A stretch of DNA of 64,000 bases, from the NCBI GenBank assembly GCA_013239625.1, contig MU053810.1, forward strand, positions 5,550,071-5,614,070, read 5' to 3'. Every line of letters begins with the position of its first letter. Position 1 is the stretch's first letter. The notes under the pieces were generated by a model that saw nothing but the letters and a program-made list of their open reading frames with translations, was not told the origin of the DNA and made no database searches. A program made the position numbers and the translations under genes. The DNA comes from Lama guanicoe. Taxonomy: Eukaryota. Of the stretch, positions 26,991 through 37,047 are shown in pieces.

Positions 26991-28149
26991 CCCAGTGTGA
27001 AATACAAAGACATTTATCCTTAAGAGACAGACTCCTTACACTGAAGTAGACATAGATCTGGGATCAGTAAAACACGTCACTCTTTTATCTGGGGTTAGAC
27101 AGACTGCAGGGCTCCTGACCTATTTGTGTGGACCAAACCCTAGGTTGGAGATTTGTAGTATATGATCTCATTTGATATTCAGAGGATAAGGAAACAAAAT
27201 CCCTCACATGTCCCATATACTTATTTTTACAGTATCCCCAGTTTTTCATCTGGTACTTGGAGAAGAGTTTTGACTTCACAGACCTTCTGAGATGGTCTCA
27301 GGGTCCTCACGCCCCACTTTGAGAACCACCGACCTGGGAAATGTGCATCCTGAAGGAAGTCACAGATAGAAATCTTTTCCAGTTTTCACTTGTGGTCGAG
27401 CTATACGCTCTATCTTTTGCTTGCGCTTACAAGGACTTTGTTTTTGCTTTTAATTGCCTCCCTAATCCTTTCTTCACTCAGCTGTGATACAGGATAGATT
27501 CAGATTAAATGTGTGTACCCTGGCCCTTGGAGGGATAAATACTACTGATGTGGATACACAGCTGTATTACAAAAAAGAATGAGAAACAGGAAAAAAAAAA
27601 AAACTTCATCTAAATCAAGTGCTAAGCAATGTGTTTCATCACATTTTAAAATGTGAAGGGTTCTGCTTGTAATATATCCCAGAGTTCCACAAACAAAACA
27701 AATAGTCTCAAGTTATTCTTCTCAAAAAAGCAAATCATGACTCATGGCTATAGTGTTTTTAAAATGTGGTTGGAATATTTTTTTTTCTTAGAGTTAGTAC
27801 TCCTAAGTCACCTCTTACTATAAAAATCGTGGAGTGGGGGAGATACCTGCTTAAAACATGTTTGTGTTTGTTGTCAAAGTCAGGGGGTAAGCAATTACAT
27901 TTTCGTGATTTACATAAATTTACATCTAGGAAGTAGGATTCATTTTACTGCTTCACTGGAGAATTAGTAAAATGAAATTATGGTAAGAACCACTACATTT
28001 TAGCACCTGATCTTATTTTTAACAATCCTATATATTCTCTTTTGTAATACCTTTATCCCCAATTCATGTCTTCCCCCAGATCTATATTCTTTATCTCTTT
28101 ATTTTCTTCTACTGTATTGAATTTATAAATTCATGCTTTTAAAACTTAA

Positions 28150-29190
28150 GAGGTTCATCAGAGAATAGTATTGGTTGCCAGGGGCAGTGGACAGGGGGTG
28201 GGGGGGTAGAATAGGGAGAGGTTGATAAAAGGGTACAAACTTTGAGCTGTGACATGAATAAAGTCTAGGATCTAACATAAAACATGGTGACTGCAGTTGA
28301 TAACACTGTATTGTATAACTGAAATTTCCTGAGAATAGAATTCAAATGTCCTCACCACCCCCACTTCACCCCCCAAAAAAGAGGTAAATATGAGAGACAA
28401 TAGATATATTAATTATATACTTGGTGGAGAGAACCCTTTCACAATGTGTGTGTGTGTGTGTGTGTATCATATATATGTATATATATATATCACAATATGT
28501 GTGTGTGTGTGTATATATATCAGCTACTGTAAATAATGCTGCAGTGAACATTGGTGTGCAGCCTAAGTGTCCATCAATAGACAAATGGATAAAGAAGATG
28601 TGGTATACATACAACCGAATATTACTCAGCCATAAAAAGCAAAAAATGAAATCTTGCCATTTGTGACATGATAGGTGGATCTAGAAGGTATTATACTAAG
28701 TGAAATAAGTCAGGCAGAGAAAGACAAATGCTGTAGAATCTCATTTATATGTGGATTCTAAAAAACAGAACAAACAAAACAAAACAAAACAAACACAGAC
28801 TCATAGATACAGAGAACAAGCTGGTTGTTGCCAGAAGGGTGGGAGTGGGCAGGGAGGAAATAGGTGAAGGGGATTAAGAGGTATAAACCTCCAGTTCTAA
28901 AATAAATAAGCCACTAGGATATAAAATACAGCATAAGGAATATGGCCAATAATAGTGTCATAACTTTGTATGGGGACAGATAGTTACTAGACTTACTGTA
29001 GTGATCATTTCACAATGAACGCAAATGTCAGATCACTGTGTCGTATACCGGACACTAACATAATATTGTATGTCAGTTATATTTCAATTAAAAATGTATA
29101 TGTATATCAAATCACCAAGATGTACACTGTAAATATCTTACAATTTTATATGTCAGTCATACGTCAGTAAAGCTGGAATTTTAACAAAAA
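28150..29190 (+). mobile_element. Older L1 3' end (28150-28445 and 29095-29190) interrupted by a younger 5'-inverted L1 (~28521-29093)
   Basis: The host motif CCCTTTCACAATGT...TATATCAAATCACC is split. The insert has a ~40-bp antisense L1 segment followed by sense L1. Confidence 0.8.
28444..28520. repeat. Compound (TG)n/(TA)n microsatellite
   Basis: Read directly. Confidence 0.9.
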
Positions 29191-29899
29191 GAATCAGAGA
29201 TTCTTTTTAATGATAATGCAAGTAAATCATTAAAATAATCTTCATTACTTAATACTTGAAATGTTTGGCAGATTCCGTTATGTGTAGATATTGCATAATC
29301 AAATGAAAAGGCAGTTAGATATCAAGTCATTCCTTCCAGGACTCATTATGTCAACGGCTTTAGGTTTAAATAAAAATTAGGTGAAAGTTCAGGTAACTAA
29401 GCAAGTATCAGTTATTCTGACTGATTTTTTTAACCTAAATTAACTGTGAATGTCCTAGAGATTATAGTTGGTAGTTCTGAGAGCATTGCATAAAGTCTTT
29501 TTCATCGAACATGTTTAGTAGAATAACATTGTAGACCGATTAGTGGTGGGACCAAGTACTTAACCTCTCTCTTGAGTGATGAGTTGAACAATCTCTATTG
29601 ACATTGGAGGACTTTGAGGCTTAGGCATATGAAGTAACTTAACCAGCTAGTTAATGGAAGCAAAGCTGAGACTAACTCAATTCTCCTGACTGTGCATCTA
29701 GTGTAGTCTCTCCACTTTACCAAGTGGACTTCCTGATTTTACTGGACTGTGGGCCGATCATGACTCTAACAGCAATGGAGGTGATGTTAAAGCTGAAATT
29801 GGTAAGGTCGACAAGCTGTACGTTCTCCCCTTTCTCTAATGCAAAGGCAAGCATAGTGGAAAAAATCAGTTGATAAGGTGCCTTCAACTCTAGGCTCTA

Positions 29900-30480
29900 A
29901 GGAAAATCAAATAGGGTAACGTGATGGAGAGTGGCTCCCTCTTGGTCTGGGAGGTCAGGGCTTCTTCAAGGAGATGAATTTTGAAGTGAGACCTGAATGT
30001 GTGAAAGGGAGGTAGCCAGGCTTGTGTCAACAGGGAGAACATTCCTGGAGGATGGCAGAGCAAGTGCAGAGTCCCAACACAGGCACGTGCTCTGCATGGT
30101 CTGCAGACAGAAGGGAGGCCAGTGTGAGCAGTGCCAGGGCAGAGGGAGGGCAGATGAGGTCAGGGATGTGGCCGGGAGCCAGTTCTCCCTGGGTCCTGCA
30201 CACGAGGGTTTTATCAGGTGCAGTGAGAAGCTCTTAAGAGATATTAAGCAGCAGAGTGATGGGAGCAAATTCATGCTTTTTAAAAAAAGATCACTTCAGC
30301 TGCTCTATGGAGATCGGATAGCAGCCCTGCAATGAGTTCAGGGCTCTTGCAAAGGAGATGAGAGAGGTGACACAAGCTGGCTGTTCATGGATGGGACTTG
30401 CTGATGAGTTTTTGGGCTGCAGTAGGAAATAATTGTTCCTTCAACACAAGTGAGAAGTGGAAAATTCAGGAGGAAAATCA
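29900..30480 (-). mobile_element. L2 fragment
   Basis: Purine-rich degenerate L2 motifs (GAGACCTGAATG, GGGAGGCCAGTGTG, AAAGATCACT). Confidence 0.6.
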
Positions 30481-32659
30481 TTAAGATGGCAGAATAAAGA
30501 AGAGCTAGAAGAAGAGGATTGAAAAATGGGACCAGAGTGGATATCTCAAAAACAGTGAACAACAGCAACACAGTGTGAACCTTTCTAATCTCCCCGCCAC
30601 ACCTAACAGTGAATAACTCATTGGCAGTTGTCTTAAGGGGAGACGCTGAAACTTTAAGCATGGTGTCTTGACTTCCATAAATCCACTCAACTACTACAGA
30701 AAGTAACAGTTTTTCTTTTAAACCTAATGCTAGAAAGACATTTAATGATATGGAAAGAGTTTTACTATGTTAAATGCAGGTTGCAAGTACCAAAAAAAAT
30801 TACAAACTACACCTTTCAGGATCAAATTTACAATGGGACAGATCCATGGTGGGGATAACAAAGTCAAAGGGCCTCCTCTCCCCCAAAAAACACTCCTTCT
30901 ACCATTATTCCTAGAATTGTTCAAGGTGGCAGCTTGGATGTAGATAACATTACTGCGGCTCTTCATTAATAACAATACTCAAGTCTGTTTTCAATTATAT
31001 TTTATCCAATAATGGAGGAAGGAGGGGGCGGTGCAGGAGAGGGTCCCTTTCGGTTCTTGTTGATTGGTTGTGATGTTTGAAATTAACAGGTCTCAAAAAG
31101 GAAGTTGTTTAGCCAATGTAAATTCTGAGCTAATGATAAAGCACGTAATATGTAAAAAAGACAGCTATTTTATCAAGGAGAGAAGGGGGCAAAAAGCCAA
31201 CTGAGTTCTCCTTGCTGCTAAATTTTTTATGAAACAAAAAGAGAGGACCTTTATTTGGGTGGCTCTGATTTAAATGAAGATTCTCTCGTCATCTTCATCT
31301 AAATGAACTCAGGGCAGGGTTGATAATGGGTAATTTAGGAAAATAAAATCTGAAGAAGGAAATTCAATTGTACAGCTCTTTGGGTTAAATGGCATAGCTT
31401 TGGGACAAAATTGCTTTGCTTTTGTTTATATTCTCAGTCCATAAGCAATCGCTCTGTTGGAATTGTCACATGAAGTAAAAAAAAATTAAATTTATTAGTG
31501 CTTACATCTTGGAAAGAAAACTCAGTTGTGGATGTGACTGTTTTCATTTCATTTTTTGTTTGGGGTTTTTGTTTTGTTTTGTTTTGTTTTTTTACTGTGA
31601 CATTTGAAATTGTTTCCTATTTTTACTGCTTGAGCAAACAATGTGTTTGGCTGTTATTTACCAAAAACACATGTGAGACTTAAGAGTGTACACACACACT
31701 AGAGATTTGTTTTGCTGTTGTGATTCACTGTCTGGTTAATGCATGCCATAATTATCCATATTTGTACCCACATCATGGCCTTTTGTAATCAAAGACAACA
31801 CTATTGATGGCATCAGCTCTAAACTGGGGTGTGATCAAGGGAATTTTTTTCAAAATCCTTGCTGGTTAGGTAAACAGTCTGGACTTTGAAGTCTGGAGTG
31901 GCCATTTGAAATATGTGACCTCCAAAATTCTGCGTTTTTTTTTTTTTTTGTCTCCTGGCAACAAAACATATCTAAACTTTGGCCACCACCTCCTCGTCCA
32001 GAAAGGTCTGCTGCTGTTTTAAAGTTTAAAACAACACATGGGAAAGTTGTCTCAGATTGAGGATTTGGGATCCCCGAAGCTGTCTTCCCTGCCTTTTTTG
32101 TTTACATAGACAGACAATAACAATTCTGACTACAAATACAATAATAAAAAGAACTCCTCTCTTGGCAGATTAGCGAGCATGCATCTTTGGTTATAAAGAT
32201 AGCACTGGAAGGGTCGTCTCATTATAATGTCACTTTCATTAAACATTTTTCACAATTTAGCAAACACTTGGCGGTCAAGTTGGAGGCGAGGTAGAAGGCG
32301 ATTGGAAACAAGTTTAAGGAAAAGTATTAGGGATATGCGTGCCAGTAAGGACTGCAGAAACCTCAGGTCCTTCCATCTGAAATCTGACACTGAGCTACTC
32401 CAATGGTCTCTGTGGGCTCCTCCTGTAGAAAATCACAGAATAACCAGGCACGTGGCCAGAGTCCAGGGGCTGCTTCAGAGATGCTGCAAAGTCACAGTGG
32501 ACTGCTTCTCCTGTACCCACCCCCCACTTTGCCTCTCCAGCCCCCTCTCCCACTTCAACCTGAAGTGGATCCTGGTAGGATTGGAATTTCATGCTGTGTC
32601 ATCTTGGGTTAAAATGTACAGTACTTCACATGGATGGCATTGGCACAAAGGGCACCTTC

Positions 32660-32872
32660 AAGTTATGCAAATTCAGCATTATTGCACTTGAGCTGGATGG
32701 TTCTTTGCTGTGGGGGGTGACCCGTGCGTTGTAGGGTGCTGAGCAGCATTCTGGGCTTCTGCCCACCAGATGCCAGTAATCACCCACCCCTCCCCATGTG
32801 CCAGTCAAAAATATGTCCCTTGACATTGCTAAAGTTCCCTAGGAGTGCAGTCCCCTCCAGTTGAGAACTATT
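32660..32872 (-). mobile_element. MER20-type MITE
   Basis: Alignable by eye to 16975-17195 (TTCTTTG..GGGG..CCCGTG..AGCAGCAT..CCCAC..AAAA.ATGTC..GACATTGC..TTGAGAAC). Confidence 0.75.
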
Positions 32873-33626
32873 TGAGTTATAGCAAGGAAAATTAATATTT
32901 ATTTGGCATCTCAGATGTGCCAGATATAGACTAGGTGTTTTATGTCATCCTGATATCTTTTGAAGTCTTATCTCCTTTCTATAGATTGGGAACCCAAGGG
33001 AAGACAAGGATATAGTGTTGTTGTTATTTTTTGTTTTTTGGTTTTTTTTGGGGGGGGGTTCCTTCTTTATTTTCCAGTACTTGACAATGAAAATGCATTA
33101 TAACCGGAGAACTTATTCTCAGTTAGTTCCATTAATTTATACCTCAGTTATCTCCATGGCTGTTTTTCTTTCTCAATAGTCTGTCACTGATGCCTGCACC
33201 TCACTCTTAATCTCTCTTCATCTTTTCTTTTCCTGCTCTCCCCAGAGGCCTCAAGAAAATATCCCTCAGTCCCATTTGAAGGCAAGAAAATATCCTAGTT
33301 AATGTGTGAAAAGAATGATACCGGTAACAAGGAAATACCTTTGTTTAGTATTAGAGAGTTTATAGGTGCTTGGAAAGGCACTGAGATCTGTGTATGTTCC
33401 ATTCAGAATTTCCACCCTTATCCTCTTCTTGTTCAAACCCCAGGTGTTTTTTTGTTTTTTGGTTTTTGGGGGTTTTTTTTGTTGTTGGGTTTTTTTGGTT
33501 TTTTGTTGTTTTTTTTTTGCGTGCCTGAAATCAGTATTAGTTAAACATTTTTCCATTGTAGTGGCATTTTAGTGACATTTTAAGTTCACATGGGGCTAGA
33601 CTTGGTTTACTTACTTACTTATTTTT

Positions 33627-34725
33627 TTGAGGGGGAGAACATCTGTTTATTTGAGGCACCAAAGCAGCAGGGGGTTCAGTGGGGTGGGGACTGCAGCTGG
33701 ATTTGGGGGTGGGAGCAGATTCCTGGGTCAGCAGCCTAGACGTGGGACCAGTGGAAGCTCTGTGCCCTAAAAGGCTGCCCTTGGAGTAATGAAATAAGGG
33801 GTGCAGAGATGCCAGGGGAAAGGGGCTTGGGGATTCCAATGCCTACCCCCACCCCCCTCTCCCAAACCCGGGGCCCATAGGGCCCCACACACACATGCTG
33901 GGCAGGGCACACTGACCACACACCTGTCCACACAGCACATCTTCCGTACCTGGGTGTGGACAGGGCCTGGACAGGGCAGGCCTGGGGCTTAGGTGCCCCT
34001 CCCAGTGTGTCCCCGGGACCCTCAGGCTCCGTTACCAGATTCCCCCAGGAAGGCTGACCTGGAAGTAAGGGCAGCTGGCTGACCTGCCTGTGAGGACCCA
34101 GAGCCAGGCAGAGGGGGTGACAGGCAGGGTGAGAAGTCAGAGGAGGAGGCTTCGAGATCCCCGAGAGTCCAGGAGGGGCTGCGCTTTCCTTCCTTCCTGA
34201 GCTTCGGGGGTCTGGGCTGGGCACGGGGTCCCGACGATCAGGGGCCAAGCCGCAGCACGGAGGACAGCAGGCTGAGCAGGAGCCCGAGGCCCAGCACGCG
34301 GGTGCTGGCCCGCAACCCGCCATCGGCCGCACTGACCCTGCACGGGAAGCTCTGGCAGCAGCGGGTACCCACCGACGCTACTCCAAGAGTGACGCTCGGG
34401 CCGGGGCAGGTCGGGGAGCAGCCCTTGCTCGGGGTGCAGCCAAAGTCCGACGCGTTCCCGATGCCAGCGGATGCAGATACGGTCACGCAGCAGTTGTCGG
34501 AGTCAGAGCAGACGGTGGGCTTCAGGCAGTACCAACTGCTTATTCTTGCAAGAGAAGCACACCAGGGAGCGGGCTCGCTCCACACCCAGGAGGGCAGCCA
34601 GCAGCACCGACAGGAAGACCTTGATTCTGGAGCGGACAGGCGTCTGGGGCCTCACGAAGCCGAAGAAGTCAGCCCTGCTCGCGGGCGGACGCATGTGTCC
34701 GGCCTGGCCGCGCTGCTCAGCCTGT

Positions 34726-34756
<31 letters not shown>

Positions 34757-34772
34757 GAAGCCCACATCCAGC
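33627..34772 (-). pseudogene. LY6E: Processed (intronless) LY6E pseudogene containing 5'UTR, disrupted CDS (34625-34238) and 3'UTR
   Basis: The minus-strand translation gives IKVFLSVLLAALLGVERARSLVCFSC..., then after a frameshift WYCLKPTVCSDSDNCCVTVSASAGIGN...CCQSF..SAADGGLRAS..LGLGLLLSLL...LRLGP*. This matches the LY6E signal peptide, LU domain and GPI signal with no introns. The start ATG is now ATC (34623-34625) and the frameshift is near 34540. AATAAA lies at 33646-33651 (-). A 15-bp TSD TACTTACTTATTTTT lies at 33612-33626 and 34773-34787. Confidence 0.93.
34727..34756. repeat. (CCCGAG)5 hexamer repeat in the retrocopy 5'UTR
   Basis: CCCGAGCCCGAGCCCGAGCCCGAGCCCGAG read directly. Confidence 0.92.
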
Positions 34773-35355
34773 TACTTACTTATTTTTAGAGGAAGCACTG
34801 GGGAGCCCAGGACCTTGTGCATGCTAAACCCGCACTCTACCGCTTGAGCTATACCCTCCCGCTATGTGGGGCTAGACTTGGAATGCTAGCCACCATATAT
34901 GCCATTGTCAGAAAAGAAACTATGTTTCAAATTGAAAACTGGTGTCCAAGTATAAGTTTTTCAATCATTTCAGAATGTTTCTCTCAAATAGAAAATGAAT
35001 ATGTGCTTAAAAAAATTCTTTTTTAATTCATGGAAGGAACCAGCATGATGGTAAAGCCTGTTTAAAAGATTATGGGGAGAGAGAGAAGTATTTATAGCCA
35101 TTGAAAGAAAGAATACTGGACTAAGATTTTTAAATTCGATACAGAACTGGTTAATGCTCTATGGGGCAATAAAAAGGTAATCTGTGCGCTTATCTTTTAT
35201 ACAAGGCAGAAATCATTAGCACTTGTTAGACAAATTTGTTTTTGCTGGACAAAATCATTTGCATTTCTATCAGTTTTCTACAAGTGAATATCTACCCTCA
35301 CAGAGGAGTAAAATATCCTAATCCATAGGAATTACTGAGTTAAACAAAGGTTTCT

Positions 35356-35459
35356 TTTTTCTTTCTTTCTTTCTTTTTTTTTTTTTTGAAAGGAAAGATT
35401 TCTTTATTCAGGAGGCCAGCAACCCATGGAGGTGGTCTCATGTCCAAAACCAGCTCCCC
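35356..35459 (-). mobile_element. Short polyadenylated retroposed fragment, LTR R-region-like
   Basis: The TSD AACAAAGGTTTCT lies at 35343-35355 and 35460-35472. The A-rich tail (T-rich on +) spans 35356-35387, with AATAAA at 35403-35408 (-). The body resembles an ERV1-class LTR 3' region (recalled). Confidence 0.75.
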
Positions 35460-36120
35460 AACAAAGGTTTCTAATTTCCCTAGAAAGTTAGGTAATCCTT
35501 GGCTGCCTGTTAGATACTTAAGAAAAAAAATTTTTTGAGGTTGAAAACGTAATATAAACCTATTGTAGAAAGTTTTAAAAATACTAAATTTTTTAAAAGG
35601 ACAGAATATAACCATGCTCAAAACCACTATCCAGATGCAAGCAGTATAAATAGAATTCATATGTTTCCTTACAACATTTTTTCTAAATATTTTTAACAGT
35701 GGAGTGAGTATTGTGGGAAAAAAGCTGGCAGGCTACTTTTCTTCTTTTCCTTACTCTCAAAGATTGTATCATATATCTATCATTTTAATGTCTATATTAT
35801 TGATTTGGCATTTTTTGTATCATGATTCTTTTTCACTATTTTTCCTAATTCACTTATTATGAACTTTTTTCAAAATATAAAATAGCATAGACAACAATAT
35901 AATGACCCATGGTATAGATACAACCTAGTTTAAGAAATAAAATATCATTCATAGAGTTACCCCTTCTTCCCACTAACCTTCCACATGGTCTCAAATCTGG
36001 ATGGAACCACTTTTCTATATTTGGTACTTGTTTTCATATTTATCTTTATACTTGTACTGCCTACATAAAGTATATGGTATTTTTGCTTATTTTCAAACTT
36101 TATTCAAATTGTATCATAAG

Positions 36121-36328
36121 TTCTTTTTTTAATTAAAGTATAGTCAGTTACAATGTATCAATTTCTAGTATATAGCATAGTGTTTCAGTCATACACATAC
36201 ATACATATTTTCATATTCTTTTTCATTATAGGTTACTGCAAGATACTGAATATAGTTCCCTGTGCTATACAGCAGAAACTTGTTTATCTATTTTATATAT
36301 GGCAGTTAATGTTTGTGAATCTTGATTC
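36121..36328 (-). mobile_element. Young L1 3' end nested in the old L1
   Basis: Highly similar to the 9346-9724 fragment. Confidence 0.82.
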
Positions 36329-36706
36329 TTAATGTATTAAGTTTCTGCAACTTGCTTTTTTTTCTATCAGCCTGATGTTTGTGAAGATTTATCTATGTTG
36401 TTACTTGAAATTCATTCACTTTTTGTGCTAAATAGTGTCTCCAGCTTTGTGTATCCACTTTTCCTGTTGATATACATTGAGGTTGGTTTCCACTTTTTAC
36501 TGTAACTCCCATGTTGCTAGGGACATTCTGTACATATATCTCCCTGTGTACTCATGTGAGGGTTTCTCTGGGTACCTAGTGAGTGATGGGATACCAACCA
36601 ATGGAGCATTCACATCTTCAACCTCATTGCATTCTGCTAAGCCTCTACATGACTATACCAATTTATACTCCCACCAACAGTGCATGGAAGTTTGGTTGTT
36701 CTTCAT

Positions 36707-37047
36707 GAGAAGTCAGCAAACCTTCTCTGTGAAGGACCAAACAGGAAAGATTTAAGCCTTGGTGAGCTATGTGGTCTCTGTCACAACTGCTCAACTCTGC
36801 CATTGTAGCGCAAAACCCCTCCATGGACAATTCATAAATGAATGAGTATGACTATGTTCTAATAAACCTTTATTTAAGGCCACTGAAATCTGAACTCCAT
36901 GTAATTTTCATGTCACACAATACAATTCTTCTTTTGTTCTTTTTTTCCAACCATTTAAAAATATAAAACACATTCTTAGCTTGCGGGTTATACAAAACAG
37001 ATGGCTGGATAGATTTGGCACCTGAGCATAGAGTTTGCCAACCCCCG
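36707..37047 (+). mobile_element. MER58(B)-type hAT-Charlie element
   Basis: TIRs GTCAGCAAAC...GTTTGCCAACCCC, with internal GGTCTCTGTCACAACTGCTCAACTCTGCCATTGTAGC. Confidence 0.8.

Larger units (their letters stand above)
33606..34866 (-). mobile_element. tRNA-derived SINE (Vic-1-like) split by the LY6E retrocopy; head 34788-34862, tail remnant 33606-33626
   Basis: The minus strand reads GGGAGGGTATAGCTCAAGCGGTAGAG...GGTCCTGGG..CCCCAGTG followed by an AAAAATAAGTAAGTA tail. The outer TSD TGGGGCTAGACTTGG lies at 33591-33605 and 34867-34881. Confidence 0.88.

Noticed and set aside
32227..32691. 154-aa ORF
   Set aside because: No recognisable homology or exon structure, and its 3' end runs into a MER20-type element.
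34200..34790. CpG island as the promoter of a host gene
   Set aside because: It lies wholly within the TSD-bounded retrocopy, so it is imported sequence.
33736..34847. Long ORFs (198 aa minus; 181 and 118 aa plus) in the GC-rich block as novel genes
   Set aside because: They are alternative-frame or antisense readings of the GC-rich LY6E retrocopy, where stop codons are rare.
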